From contig NC_068984.1 in the NCBI RefSeq assembly GCF_001194135.2, positions 98,035,419 to 98,099,418 on the forward strand: DNA of 64,000 nt, in the 5' to 3' direction. The DNA is from Octopus bimaculoides. Taxonomy: Eukaryota. Under the pieces are notes generated by a model, which worked only from the letters and a program-made list of their open reading frames with translations, searched no databases and was not told the DNA's origin. Positions 53,051 through 64,000 of the stretch are shown one piece after another. A program made the translations under genes and the position numbers. Every line of letters begins with the position of its first letter. The stretch's first letter is position 1.

Positions 53051-53670
53051 ATAATCCTTTCTACTGTAGGCACAAAGCCTAAAATTTGGGGGTAAGGAGA
53101 TAGACGATAAGATCAACCCCAGTGCATAACTGGTATTTATTTCATCAACCTTGAAAGGATGAAAGGCAAAATTGACTTTGGTAGAATTTGAACTCAGAAC
53201 ATAAGGATGGATGAAATGCCGCTAAGCATTTTGCCCAGCAAGCAAACGATTCTGCCAGCTTGCTGTTTTTATAATAAGAGTAATAATCCTTTCTACTATA
53301 GGCACAAGCCTGGATTTTGTGGGGAGGGGAACAGTTGGTCACATCGACCCCAGTACTGAACTGGTACTTAATTTATCAACCTTGAAAAGATGAAAGGCAA
53401 AGTCAACCTAGGCAGAATTTTGAACTCAAAACGTAAAATAGACAAAATACCCAGTGTGTAAACGATTCTACCAGCTCACCACATAATAAATAATAATGGT
53501 TTCAAATTTCGGTACAAGGCCTGCAATTTTGGGAAAGGAGGTAAGTTGATTACATTGACTCCAGTGCTCAACTGGTACTTATTTTACTGATCCCAAAAGA
53601 ATGAAAGGCAAAGTCAACCCTAACAGAATTTGAACGCAGAATGTAAGGACAGATGAAATACCACTAAGCA
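53051..53670 (-). mobile_element. Three head-to-tail SINE family B copies
   Basis: Copies at about 53051-53265, 53281-53485 and 53490-53670, each with ..GAAAGG(A)TGAAAGGCAAAGTCAACC..GAATTTGAACTCAGAAC.. and TAATAAT junctions. Confidence 0.88.
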
Positions 53671-54917
53671 TGTTGCAACTCTTGGGATAAAAAAATTAAA
53701 TTTCAAATTTTTTCCACATACTGAATATTTTCAAATTGAATATTTTAGAATACAAACAAATCAAAAACAAGAAGGGATAATTTGTTTTGTGTATACTTCC
53801 TTTCTTTCTGTTAAATAACAATCAGAAGAAATATATAGCCCTAATATTAATGTAATGAATGGGAAGAAAGCAAATTTTCATTAACATATGCTGCTAGTAT
53901 TTGTATTTTGAACTGCTTAATAATAATAGCAACCAACACTAAAAGGAAATAGTCTTGCTATATGCTTGCATGTGTGAATGAATTTCTTATGAAACCTCAA
54001 TGAATAAAGATGGGTTGCACACCTAATTTTTAAATAACAAATTTTAAAAATCTACATAAATGTAAAGTTCTTTTGCTTAGTAACCAGTGATAAAAAAAAA
54101 AAAGTGTTGTTACTAGCTTTAATAATTTCTGAGATATCAGATTGACTATTACATTGAGGCATTCATTCAAGCCAACAAATCTCACAATAGGGACATGTAA
54201 CTTTTGTGCGGTTGTATTATCAGAATTATTATTATAAAAATTGCCAACTATCTGTAAAATTGTTTATGGAATCAATCTTTATAAATATACAGTAAAACAG
54301 TGTAAAGAAGTTAACAGACTAGAGTTTTGATCCCTGCCTTCATTCACACTATATAGCACCCAGTAAACATTAAAATTTGCTGAATTGTAGCTATGAGATA
54401 AAGCACAATTAACTCTGAACAATGTCAATAAATAGACTTTGACAGAGTAATCTGAATGGTAAAGGATAAATCTATTACCTCACAGCTTCAACATTTTAAC
54501 GATGTGATTGCTTATTCTTAGAATGACATTGCAGAGCAGATGTGAAAGGCAAGATCTAGCTGGTTTGAACATACAACCAGCAAGTAAAATATCTGGACCT
54601 GATACTACCAGTTTAAACCTACCACAAATAGAATATTTGGACCTGATATAGACAGTTTAAAAGCTAAATAGCTCAGTAAATAAATTCATAAAAGTAACTA
54701 GTTAGTGGATACATTGATATAATATATAAAGAAGGTGTACTTAAATATATAACACACGAAATAAGTACAATTGTTACATATCAGAGGTGGAATACAAGAG
54801 TAGAACATCAAAGGTGTGGAACAATATATAATGTATCCATAATGGGCTACAACAATATTGCACTACTAAGTTATATATGTCTAATGAGACTGTACAATGA
54901 TAGGGTAGTACAATCAT

Positions 54918-55190
54918 CATTATCATTGTTTAACACCTGGTTTCCATGCTGGCATGGATTGGATGGTTTGACTGAGGATTGGTAAGCCAGGAGGCTTCAC
55001 TAGGCTTCAATCTGATCTGGCAAGGTTTCTACAGCTGGATACCCTTCCTAATGTCAATCACTCCGAGAGTGTAGTGGATGCATTTACATGCTACTGGCAT
55101 GGGGGCCAGTCAGGTGCCAACAACTATGCTCCAATGGTGCTCTTTAAATGCGACCAACACAGAACCAGTCAGGCAACACTGGCAATGACA
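54918..55190 (-). mobile_element. RTE 3' UTR fragment (same family as 34650-36086)
   Basis: Near-match to 34650-34860. Another copy at 63853-64000 runs off the window. Related tails at 33625-33790, 37040-37260 and 49150-49345. Confidence 0.85.
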
Positions 55191-56869
55191 TGAAATAAAT
55201 GATAGCTGAGGTTCAAAATGAATTTAACTTGTTACTTCAACTATTTTAGCAACTTCTCTGCTAGCAGTTATCAGTTATTTACTATCACCAACTCAAATGA
55301 TTTTATGCATAAGAAAACATCTACCACACACATCTTATGAAGAGGATGCAGAAGAGAAAAAAAAAATAAATAAGAACAGCTGTTGAAACACAATGCCAGT
55401 AGTAAAACAAAGATATTAAAGGAGTGAAAAGGCTGAAATAAAACAGGAGTAAGCTCAGGGATAAGGCACATCAGTAGAAAATGTCTGATGATATAGTCAG
55501 CTCACTTCACTAAACTTACTGATTTCTAAAAGAAAGCCATGAACATTGCACAAGATCATCCTACTGCCAATTCTATACAGGTGTTAACCTAGTTTTTCAA
55601 TTAGAAATCTATCAACTGATTGATTGAACATACACAATATGAATCTTCCCCAACCCTACTCCCTCTCACTGACTTTGTACTTTAGTCAGAAATATCACAT
55701 CATGACTGATTACATCCCGCCCTTTGCCTAATAGAAAAATATTCTAAGTTCACTGAGAGCAAATAACCATTTATATGAGATTAATTAACAAATCAACAAG
55801 GTTCACTTCTGTCTGAGAGGTAAACATAAAAAAGATTGAAAATAATTTTTAAAATTTGTTTAGACAAAATGATAAGAGAAGCAGGGTCAATGATTATGAC
55901 CTTTACAAATCTCTCAAATTGATGATATCAATGTTCACTTTACTCTTGGTATGTATTGGTAAGAAAAACAATGAGAGTAATTGGAGAGGCTTACGCGGGT
56001 TTACTAAAGGAGGAAGGAGCCCACCCTCCTTCAAAATGCTTAGTACAAAGGCATGAATGTCTGGGAAGAAAATCAAGAATATACAATTAAAAGAAAAAGA
56101 AGATCACAAGTTAACATGAAATAAAAGTAAAAACAAAACTGTAAAATTCAAAAATAAAATATTTTGCTGTTTTAGAAACATTTGCATCAACCACTTTTGT
56201 CATAATCATAACCATCATGATAGTCATTTTTACATCCAATTTTTTCCATGCTGGTAGGAGTTGGATGAAAGTTTCTTCAGGAACTATTCTAATTCTAAGG
56301 CTCTTCCTCTATTTGTTTTTCAAGGAAACTATTTTTTTTTCCTACTGGTCTCAGTATGAAAGTGGTAAAACTGCCAAGCTACAGGAATATTATTTACAAG
56401 GGATGTAAATACTGTTTTTATTCACATGATGTCAATGTGAAGATACACAAAAATATTCTCATTACATAATTAATTTCTATACATTTTCCATCTACCAAAT
56501 TTCACTAACAAAGCATCGGCCAACCTGAGGCTACAGAAGAGGATGCTTGCCAAAACTGATATGCAGTGGGAAGGAATCTGAAACTACATGGCTGCAAAGT
56601 GAATGCCTTCAGCACAGCTGTGTCTGAGCTTATCACAATTTAAATATTGCTCCTGCTTTTGAGTAATCAACTGAAATGAACCAAGGAGTGTTGTGCCTTG
56701 CTCTTGAGCAAAAACAAAAAAGTTGTGCTAAGTTTGAACTTGTGATCATAATCATAATAAATCTTAAACTACAAAATATTAAATCAAATAAAATTATATG
56801 GGTCAGTTAGTCAGTATTTATTTTTCTTCATGTGAGTTAAATACAACTAAATGCTTATATATATATATG

Positions 56870-57060
56870 GGGTCCGAAATGATGCAAAAAACAAAAGACA
56901 GAGATCGGTGAAGTAACAACAAACTAGGTGCATAAGCTTGATGGCCACGAAAAATGGAGGAAGTCTTTAGCATTTTGGGCCTATGCTCTTCTATAGAAAG
57001 AGATGAAGAGAAGAAACAGGTGGAGAGAGGAAAAAATGGAGAGAGAAAAAAACCATGTCT
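56870..57060 (-). mobile_element. Possible Penelope-like terminal repeat remnant with a decayed minimal hammerhead motif
   Basis: The minus strand reads CTTTCTATAGAAGAGCATAGGCCCAAAATGCTAAAGAC, which resembles CUGANGA-GAGC-loop-GCUC-GAAAC after a few substitutions. Confidence 0.45.
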
Positions 57061-57574
57061 GGATTAACACTTGCACAAAAATATATAATTTATTCTGCTG
57101 AAACATTTTTATAACATTCCTTTTGGTGGTGGTGGAGGGATTATTTCACCCCAATTTTCCTATCCTGACTTTTGTGTAGGCATTATTTTTGAAAAGCTAA
57201 CTTCATTATTTCCACATTACTGTCTCTTCAGTGCTATTCCAACTGCCTTTCCAGGTGAAGTAATTAATTGTATATTCTCTGAACTAGGGCTCAGAATTCC
57301 CTCTTCACTTAAGTTGCTACTGCAGACATCAGCTTACAACTGTATCAGACTCACCAGGTTTGGTAGGTATACAAAAGTGATCAGCCAACTATTTACCAGT
57401 AATTTACAGTGTAAGAGTAGCAGAGTTATGTGCTGTATCCAAGAGTAAAAAATACTAATTAGAAATAATAATTTGAAAGACAAATATTAAATGAGCTCAG
57501 TTAAAAATAAAGGAATGGAGCAATACAATAAGTGAAACTGAGAAAAACAAATTTGTAATACAGAAGTTATTTAC

Positions 57575-57857
57575 CTGCAGGAAATAATGCAATCCAATCA
57601 TTTGCTGTGACATCCTCCTTGATGTCCCATTCCACTATAACTTGACTGTCAGAACCCAAGGTAAATTCCTCTTTATCCAATGTAAGACTTGATCGAGTCT
57701 CAGGACTCCAAAGAGCAAGGTTAGAATCACTGTTGGATCTTTCATGAAGAGTCAGTTTGCCAACGCTTGGAATTCCACAACTTCGGCTTGTTGGCAGAGA
57801 TAAGTCATCAACAAAATTAAACTCTGAACTTGTATGAAAGGGAACAGCCTTGGCCAT
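57575..57857 (-). CDS. HECW2: First coding exon (94 codons + 1 nt) of a HECW1/HECW2 (NEDL)-like HECT E3 ubiquitin ligase, start of the HECW N-terminal domain
   Basis: Translation ...ERSNSDSNLALWSPETRSSLTLDKEEFTLGSDSQVIVEWDIKEDVTANDWIALFPA matches recalled human HECW2 ...[54 protein letters not shown]. The exon ends at CAG|GTAAAT (GT at 57574-57573), phase 1, at the position I recall for the vertebrate intron. In-frame stops lie upstream of the ATG at 57857. HECW1 versus HECW2 cannot be distinguished; this is probably a single invertebrate co-orthologue. Confidence 0.9.
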
Positions 57858-58112
57858 TGTTTAAGAAACAATGTGAGGTTAAGAGGAACATCCATGTGTT
57901 GTGGTTTCCATATCGGGTGGCCTCACTATGTGTTCCATCAAGACCAAAATGTTTGTCTTATAAAATATACATAAGAGAAAAAAAAATGAATTAATAAAAA
58001 AGTAGAGTATGCTTATTGTCAGGAAGGAACCAACAGATTAGAACCCCCCATATTGATCTCCAGGGTTAAAAATGCTTCCAATGAAAAAGTGTTCATGCCA
58101 TAATATTTGTTT
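57858..58112 (-). promoter_or_regulatory. Candidate 5' UTR part of the HECW exon with two possible splice acceptors and upstream ATGs
   Basis: Minus-strand acceptor-like sites: TTTTATAAG| (exon start 57956) and TTTCTTTATTTTGTTTTTCAG| (exon start 58112). uORF at 57938-57879 (MEHIVRPPDMETTTHGCSS*). Confidence 0.5.
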
Positions 58113-59863
58113 CTGAAAAACAAAATAAAGAAAAGTTACAATTATATATACGTATGTACATTACAATTATATACATACAAACAAGTGTGTGTCTGTGTTT
58201 GTGTACTATATCAATGGAAATTAAACTACAGGGGAGTGTAAAATAAAGAATTATCCAGAAAAGATAACCATTAGAAATTTTGTGACAGAGAGGACGAGAG
58301 GTGATTGAAAGTAAGAGATGTGTACGTGTGAGATTAGAGCAAGAAACTTCGTAGTGATTAAAAAACAGTGAAATGTTTAAAACAATTGTTTGCATCTGTC
58401 TTCATCTCCAAGCAGTAACGTCTGGGTTTGAAGTGTTAAAATACTCAACAAAATAAATTAAAGGGGACAAGTTTGATCAGATGAATATGCCACCAAGAAC
58501 AATTTCTTTAACAGTTATTGTTTTCTTTTGTCGTCGTCATCATGCTCATTTTCACATCCACATTTCCATACTTGTGTTTAAAGGATGAGTCTTCTCCAGT
58601 ACCAAATTTCAGCACCCTGAGATCAGCTTTCACTACTTTTTCCCATGTCTCTCTCTTCCACAGGTTCCTTTCACTTTAGTTGCTTGGCATTTCTTTACCC
58701 AACAGTCATCATTCATACATATCAGATCTTTAAATCATTTCAGTCTCCTCTCTTGCATACCACTGTTATTTCTCCTACACCCAATTTGTCGCAGTTCATT
58801 TTTGCACACCCACCGCTTTCTACCTATGCTTATTTACATGACAGTTATATGCAATTTAACTAAAGGTTGTATCATATGTACAGGATATTTTTTTTGTTTA
58901 TGGGAAAAATGGAAAAATAATAATAAATATTTATTTTATGAGTGCTGTGAATCAAGTTCATAAAATTGTGCATAAAGTATATTAAGTGAATATATAAAGT
59001 ACATTAAGTAATCATCGTATTCCAATTTCTTTCACTTCTCAATGAGTAGCAGATGAGTGACTAATTTTTTCATATAGACACAACACAGGCTATGCTTTCA
59101 GGTTTTTAGGATAAAGTTTTCAGAAATAACCCAATAGGTCTACCATTAATTCTGTGAAATATTCACGGGTCCCACTAGGATGTAATAAATATAAAACATA
59201 ATCAAATTCACAAACTAATTATTAAAGAAACAATACTGTAAATGGATCAACAGAAAATTTTTGCTAAAAAAGTTCATTTATTAACATGTTAAGCCAGTAA
59301 CTGTAAAGAGTAAAACTAATAACAACAGTGAAGGAGATAATTCATTGTATTCAAGTATTAGTATATTATCTAATAATGGACATGGGTATATAGAAAAGCA
59401 ACGTAATGTAATGGTATAATTCATCTTATCTTGATAATAACTTTAATGCAGCTACAAAAATCAATACAGTAATACATTTTTTTCTTTCTTTCAAGCCTCC
59501 CACGTATGTTTACCTAAAGCAGCTGTATAAAATACTAGAGCTTTGAACTAGTTTGCTTAATGAACAAGTAAGACTTTGTAATAATATAAATTCCCATCAG
59601 TAAAAACTGAGAGATGCTGAGAGGAAGTGGTGGGGGAGAGATAGTGATTAATGAGTTAAACTTGTCCTTTCTCTCTATGGAGGAAGTACATAATATCAGC
59701 AAATCTGTAAAGTTTTCCAGTTTGGATTCTGTTAAGTTCAGCCTATAAAGTTTTATCATGTAGATTTATGTAATAATGGCTACCAAGTATAATAAACAGT
59801 TGATCTCTTTTTTTTTTTTTTTCTGCATGTGAAGTTATTGTGTATATAAAAACAAAGTATTTG

Positions 59864-60240
59864 GTATGGCTGTGTGATAAGCTTGCTTCCCAACTGCATG
59901 GTTCTGGGTTCAGTCCCACTGCATAACATCTTGGGAAAGTGTCTTCTACTTATAGCTCTGTGCTGCTCAAAGCCTTGTGAGTGGATTTGGTAAGCAGAAG
60001 CTGAAAGAAGCATGTTGTATGTGTGTGTTTGTTTTTGTCCCCTACCAACATTTGACAACTGGTAGATGGTGTGCTTATGTTCTTTTAACTTAGCAATTAG
60101 GCAAGAGACCAATAGAATAAGACCAGGTTTACAAAAAAAAAAAAAAAAAAAAAAGTACTGAGGTTGATTCATTCACTAAAGATTCTTCAAAGTGGTGCCC
60201 CAGCATGGCAGCAGTCTTAATGACTGAAACAGGTAAAAGA
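59864..60240 (+). mobile_element. SINE family A copy with the alternative 3' tail
   Basis: Head GGCTGTGTGATAAG..GGGTTCAGTCCCACTG; tail AAAGTGGTGCCCCAGCATGGCAGCAGTCTTAATGACTGAAACAGGTAAAAGA. Confidence 0.85.
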
Positions 60241-60609
60241 TCTGTTTGCAGTGTTCATTAAAATCTATAGATATATTCTGCAGTACAGTATAACATATAT
60301 ATCTAGTCTGGCTGTTAACAACTCCCATCCATCATACTTGCATCATGTAAATGACTTTACATCAGTAATAATTTGTTTTTCATTAAAAAATTTACTTTTT
60401 GTAGATTTGATGTAAGCAACTCCAATGAGTCTTGAGAAGATGAAATGGGTTGATTGCTATTTCACTTGTACTTAAAGATTTTGTCACCCATTCACATTAT
60501 ATTTTCACTGCAGGACTAAATGTATGTTTATTAAACATACTCTTTATGATTTCCTACACACTTTTATCTTAGACAATGCCATGTAGGTGCTTTTATTAGT
60601 GTGTGTGCG

Positions 60610-62499
60610 GTACTCTGTCTTATTTTGTCTGATGTCAATTTGTCAAACGTCTTTTCGTCTAATGTCTTTTTGTCTGATAATTTCTTTGTCCAACATTTTG
60701 TCCAATTTTTAATAAACTCTGTAGAAAAGGTGAAATATCTCTAATGATATATTCACAGAACTATAATGAGCCTCATTATTGGATTGTTATTATCATTCTT
60801 TTACCTTTTTTCTCTTAAGTATGGTGCTGTGTATACAGAGTGCTGCAAATTTGGTGTACATATTTTTAATTTACCCATCCCGAAATGACAAAGTTCATAG
60901 TATTGACCAAAAACAAAAGAAAAGTGGTTGATGAAAGTAATTACATCTAAGATTTTCATTCAGGCAAGACAAAACTAGGAAAAGAATACTGAAGATGTGA
61001 GAAAAGAAGGCTGTGGTTCAGTGTTAATTCACACAGTAATGGAAAACAATGTGCCAGCACCTTCAACCCGCTGATGTAGATTGGTTAAATGCTAGAAAGG
61101 CAGATGCAGAAATAAAGCATAAAGCAGTGGAAAACATAGCAGCAAGTTCACGTAGCATAATAGTGGCCAAGATTACACAGCTAACAGAAAATACTTGCTC
61201 TCAACTTCCTCATTTGCCTGTACTTTCAAGGACTATTCAAAGGTGCTGACAAAAAACGTTCTGGATTTCCCGCTAATCCAAGGGTTAGAACTGGCTTTGA
61301 AATACCTGAAGAATATTGTAAACTTGATAATTGCGAACAATTTCTGAAATATGATTCGCATATCAAGGACCAACAGCAGATGCTAGTATATGCATCAGAA
61401 AGTGCATTTCAGGATATAGCATCATATCGTCATTGGACATGTGATGGAACATTCAAAATTGTGCCAGAACAGTGGTTTCAACTGTTTTTCATGTACAAGT
61501 TAAAAGTAGCAGTTTTCCACAGGTTTTTGCAATACAGTCAAATAAAAGAAAGCAGATATACAAGTTATTTTTTGAGTAGTTGAAAATTATGCAACCTAAT
61601 GCATATCCACTTGATCTCATGGCAGATTTCGAAGTTGCAGTTCATAAGGCATTTAATTCATCATTCCCTAATTCATCTATTGTGGCATGTTTGTTTCATT
61701 TGAGCCAATCAGTATTTCGAAAAATTAGAGATTTAAGCCTAAAGAAAAATACAGTAAAGACTCTGAATTCTGTCTTAAAATTTGATGTTTTTCAGCATTA
61801 GCTTTCCTAGTCATTGAAGATGTTGAAGAGGCCTATGAAAAATTAATAGACGATGAAGAAATACCTGCTGAATTCATCACTTACTTCGACTTACATAGGC
61901 ATTGTGAGAGGACGTGGTGCTAAATGAAGGAAAGAACCACCTACATTCCTGATAATTGCATGGAATGTTAATCAGTGTAATCTTCAAGATCTTCCCAGAA
62001 CAAATAATGCGGCGGAGGGGTTTCATTCTGTTCTACCTGCCAAATGCGGGTGGAACACATTTGAATATTTGGAAATTAATCAAAACTCTGAAGGAAGAGG
62101 AAGCATTCATTCAAGGTAAAATGACTCAAATTCTTCGAGCAGATCTGCCAAATTCATGTACACGATATCAAAGAATAACTGAACGCCTCAAAAGATTGGT
62201 CACTGAATATGGGTCAACAAGAAAAATTGATTGTTTGAAGAGTGTGGCACATAATTTGCATCAATTTTAAGTGATCATAATAAATCATTAGTTATATCTT
62301 ATTACATTTTAAAATGACTTCTTTTTAAATACATTTTTCCACAGTATTTTACTTGAATCCTATCAATAAAATTCTCAATGATTATTTGATTTTGATGTTC
62401 ACCTTGTTTTCTAAAAAGTTTATTTAAAATTGAACAAAAAGTCGTTGGACCAAAAGAAGTGGACAAAGTGACATCGGATTAAAAATTGGGTCATGGTGC
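60610..62499 (+). mobile_element. Decayed Mutator/MULE DNA transposon with an N-terminal FLYWCH-like region
   Basis: Fragments HWTCDGTFKIVPEQWFQLF, MADFEVAVHKAF, ACLFHLSQSVFRKI and PRTNNAAEGFH (D, D, CxxH, E). Degenerate long TIRs built of TTTTGTCC-like units at 60610-60710 and 62425-62499. Confidence 0.88.
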
Positions 62500-64000
62500 A
62501 CATGTGTGTGTGTAATGTACACCAAAAATAATAAGTACTTAATAAATGACCTAGAGTATTTTCATAAATTAGAAAGTTCAATCTGTTGTTATCTTAAGTT
62601 TTCAAGAGGTAAACAGAAATATGCAGTGAGCAAAAATATTTCTAGTCTGATATGGGCAAATATAATAGGATAGGAATGTTGTAGTCTCACAATATGACTA
62701 AGGGCACAGCAATACCATAATACTACTACATATACTGAGAAATATTTGTTATATACATTCGCACGTGTGTGTGTGTGTGTATAGGAAAAAGAAAACCAAG
62801 GAAGACCAACAAAAGTGGTGAAAGCTGATCACAGGATACTTAACTTCATGAAAGAGATGACAAAAGAACATAGCAATAGGACACTGTGATGGAGAGGACA
62901 CAATGTAAGTATGGAAAAGCAGCTGTAAAAATGAAGATGGGAGATGATTGATGTTTACATACAAATATGTTTAGGGATACAAGACAGTCATGATACAATG
63001 AAATCTTCATATAGTTATTTATATTTTACATTCAAGGTGTCATGCATATCATTCACATACAGATATTTTATACAATGAAATGCATTTCAACACAATTTTC
63101 CATAAACATAGTAGTAGTAGGAGGAGGAGGAAGAGGAGGATCCAAACAATAACATGTCTGAAAAATATAACCAAACCAATCATTGAATAAAGATTATATT
63201 CATTGTGTTTAAAATTATAGACCACAGCAGGTCAAATGTTCTGCATTTGATGACAGCTCATAGACAAAAAGTATCTTTCCATTTTTAAAGAAAATTAGTT
63301 TGTGTTGAGTACAGAAAATGTTTGTGGTAAAATGTTGTCAGTGGCACAAGCCCGACTCATTTCAACACCTTGGCAAAATGACTGATTATATTCACAGCAT
63401 GGGTTACCTATCTTAAATTTTTAATGGTTCTTAATATATTATATATTCAATAACAGTTTGTTCAGGACTAACAGTCCTAGGACAAGTTCTTCTACTTCAT
63501 CATGCTATTAATAGACACACATACACTATAAGTCTAGTTTATATTCAGATTTTTTTTTTATTTTCACCTCTGAATATGGAGAACAATATAATATATTTTT
63601 TAATTAGTTCAATAAAGTTTCTGAATAATCTAACTTATTCCAATCAGTTCTTGGAAAGTATTAGCTTTCATTATAATGATACAACCTTCAGTTAGCTATT
63701 GACTTGAACATTTAAAACTGGTATTTCACCAAATTCTATTCCCATCATCACCCTGCCCATCAAGTTTTTAGACCAGACTGGCTATTTTAATGGTTTCATG
63801 AGTTTCAACACTAAGCACAAGTGTGTATGTGTGTGTGTGTCAATATATATATCATCATCATAATTGTTTAACCTTTGCTTTCCATGCTAGCATGGGTTGA
63901 ATGATTTGACTGAGGACTGGTGAACCGGATGGCTACACCAGGCTCCAATCTGATCTGGCAGAGTTTCTCCAGCTGGATGCCCTTCCTAACGCCAACCACT

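Noticed and set aside
56014-56033. 7-bp hairpin GAAGGAG-CCCACC-CTCCTTC in a slightly GC-rich patch
   Set aside because: Short enough to be expected by chance in 64 kb; no supporting context.
57355-57460. Strong GTGAGT donor at 57354 near the HECW exon
   Set aside because: Upstream acceptor candidates give immediate stops and no HECW-like peptide.

Overview
AT-rich animal genomic DNA with five assembly gaps, dense (TA)n/(GA)n/(CA)n microsatellites and many decayed transposons. The repeat families suggest an octopus or other cephalopod; this is an inference, as no taxonomic marker gene is present. One host coding exon is recognisable, on the minus strand at 57575-57857. It encodes the N-terminus of a HECW/NEDL-type HECT E3 ubiquitin ligase and ends in a phase-1 splice donor. 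I found no following HECW exon, so 1-57574 is probably part of one intron of at least 57.5 kb. That region holds a mariner, a Tc1, a Helitron with a helicase C-terminus, TTAA-flanked and hAT-type MITEs, L1/Tx1, R4/Dong and RTE LINE fragments, tRNA-type SINEs and a decayed Penelope-like end. A FLYWCH/MULE transposon lies upstream of the exon. I found no CRISPR array, rRNA or true tRNA gene, and no complete new multi-gene system. The most unusual signals are a canonical C4HC3 PHD finger inside an RTE reverse transcriptase, a fish-like Tc1 with perfect TIRs, a 98-nt hairpin that would carry A-C mismatches in the host pre-mRNA, a decayed hammerhead-like motif, SINEs sharing a head but with different tails, and uORFs before the HECW start codon. 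Boundaries of degraded repeats are approximate and were read by eye.
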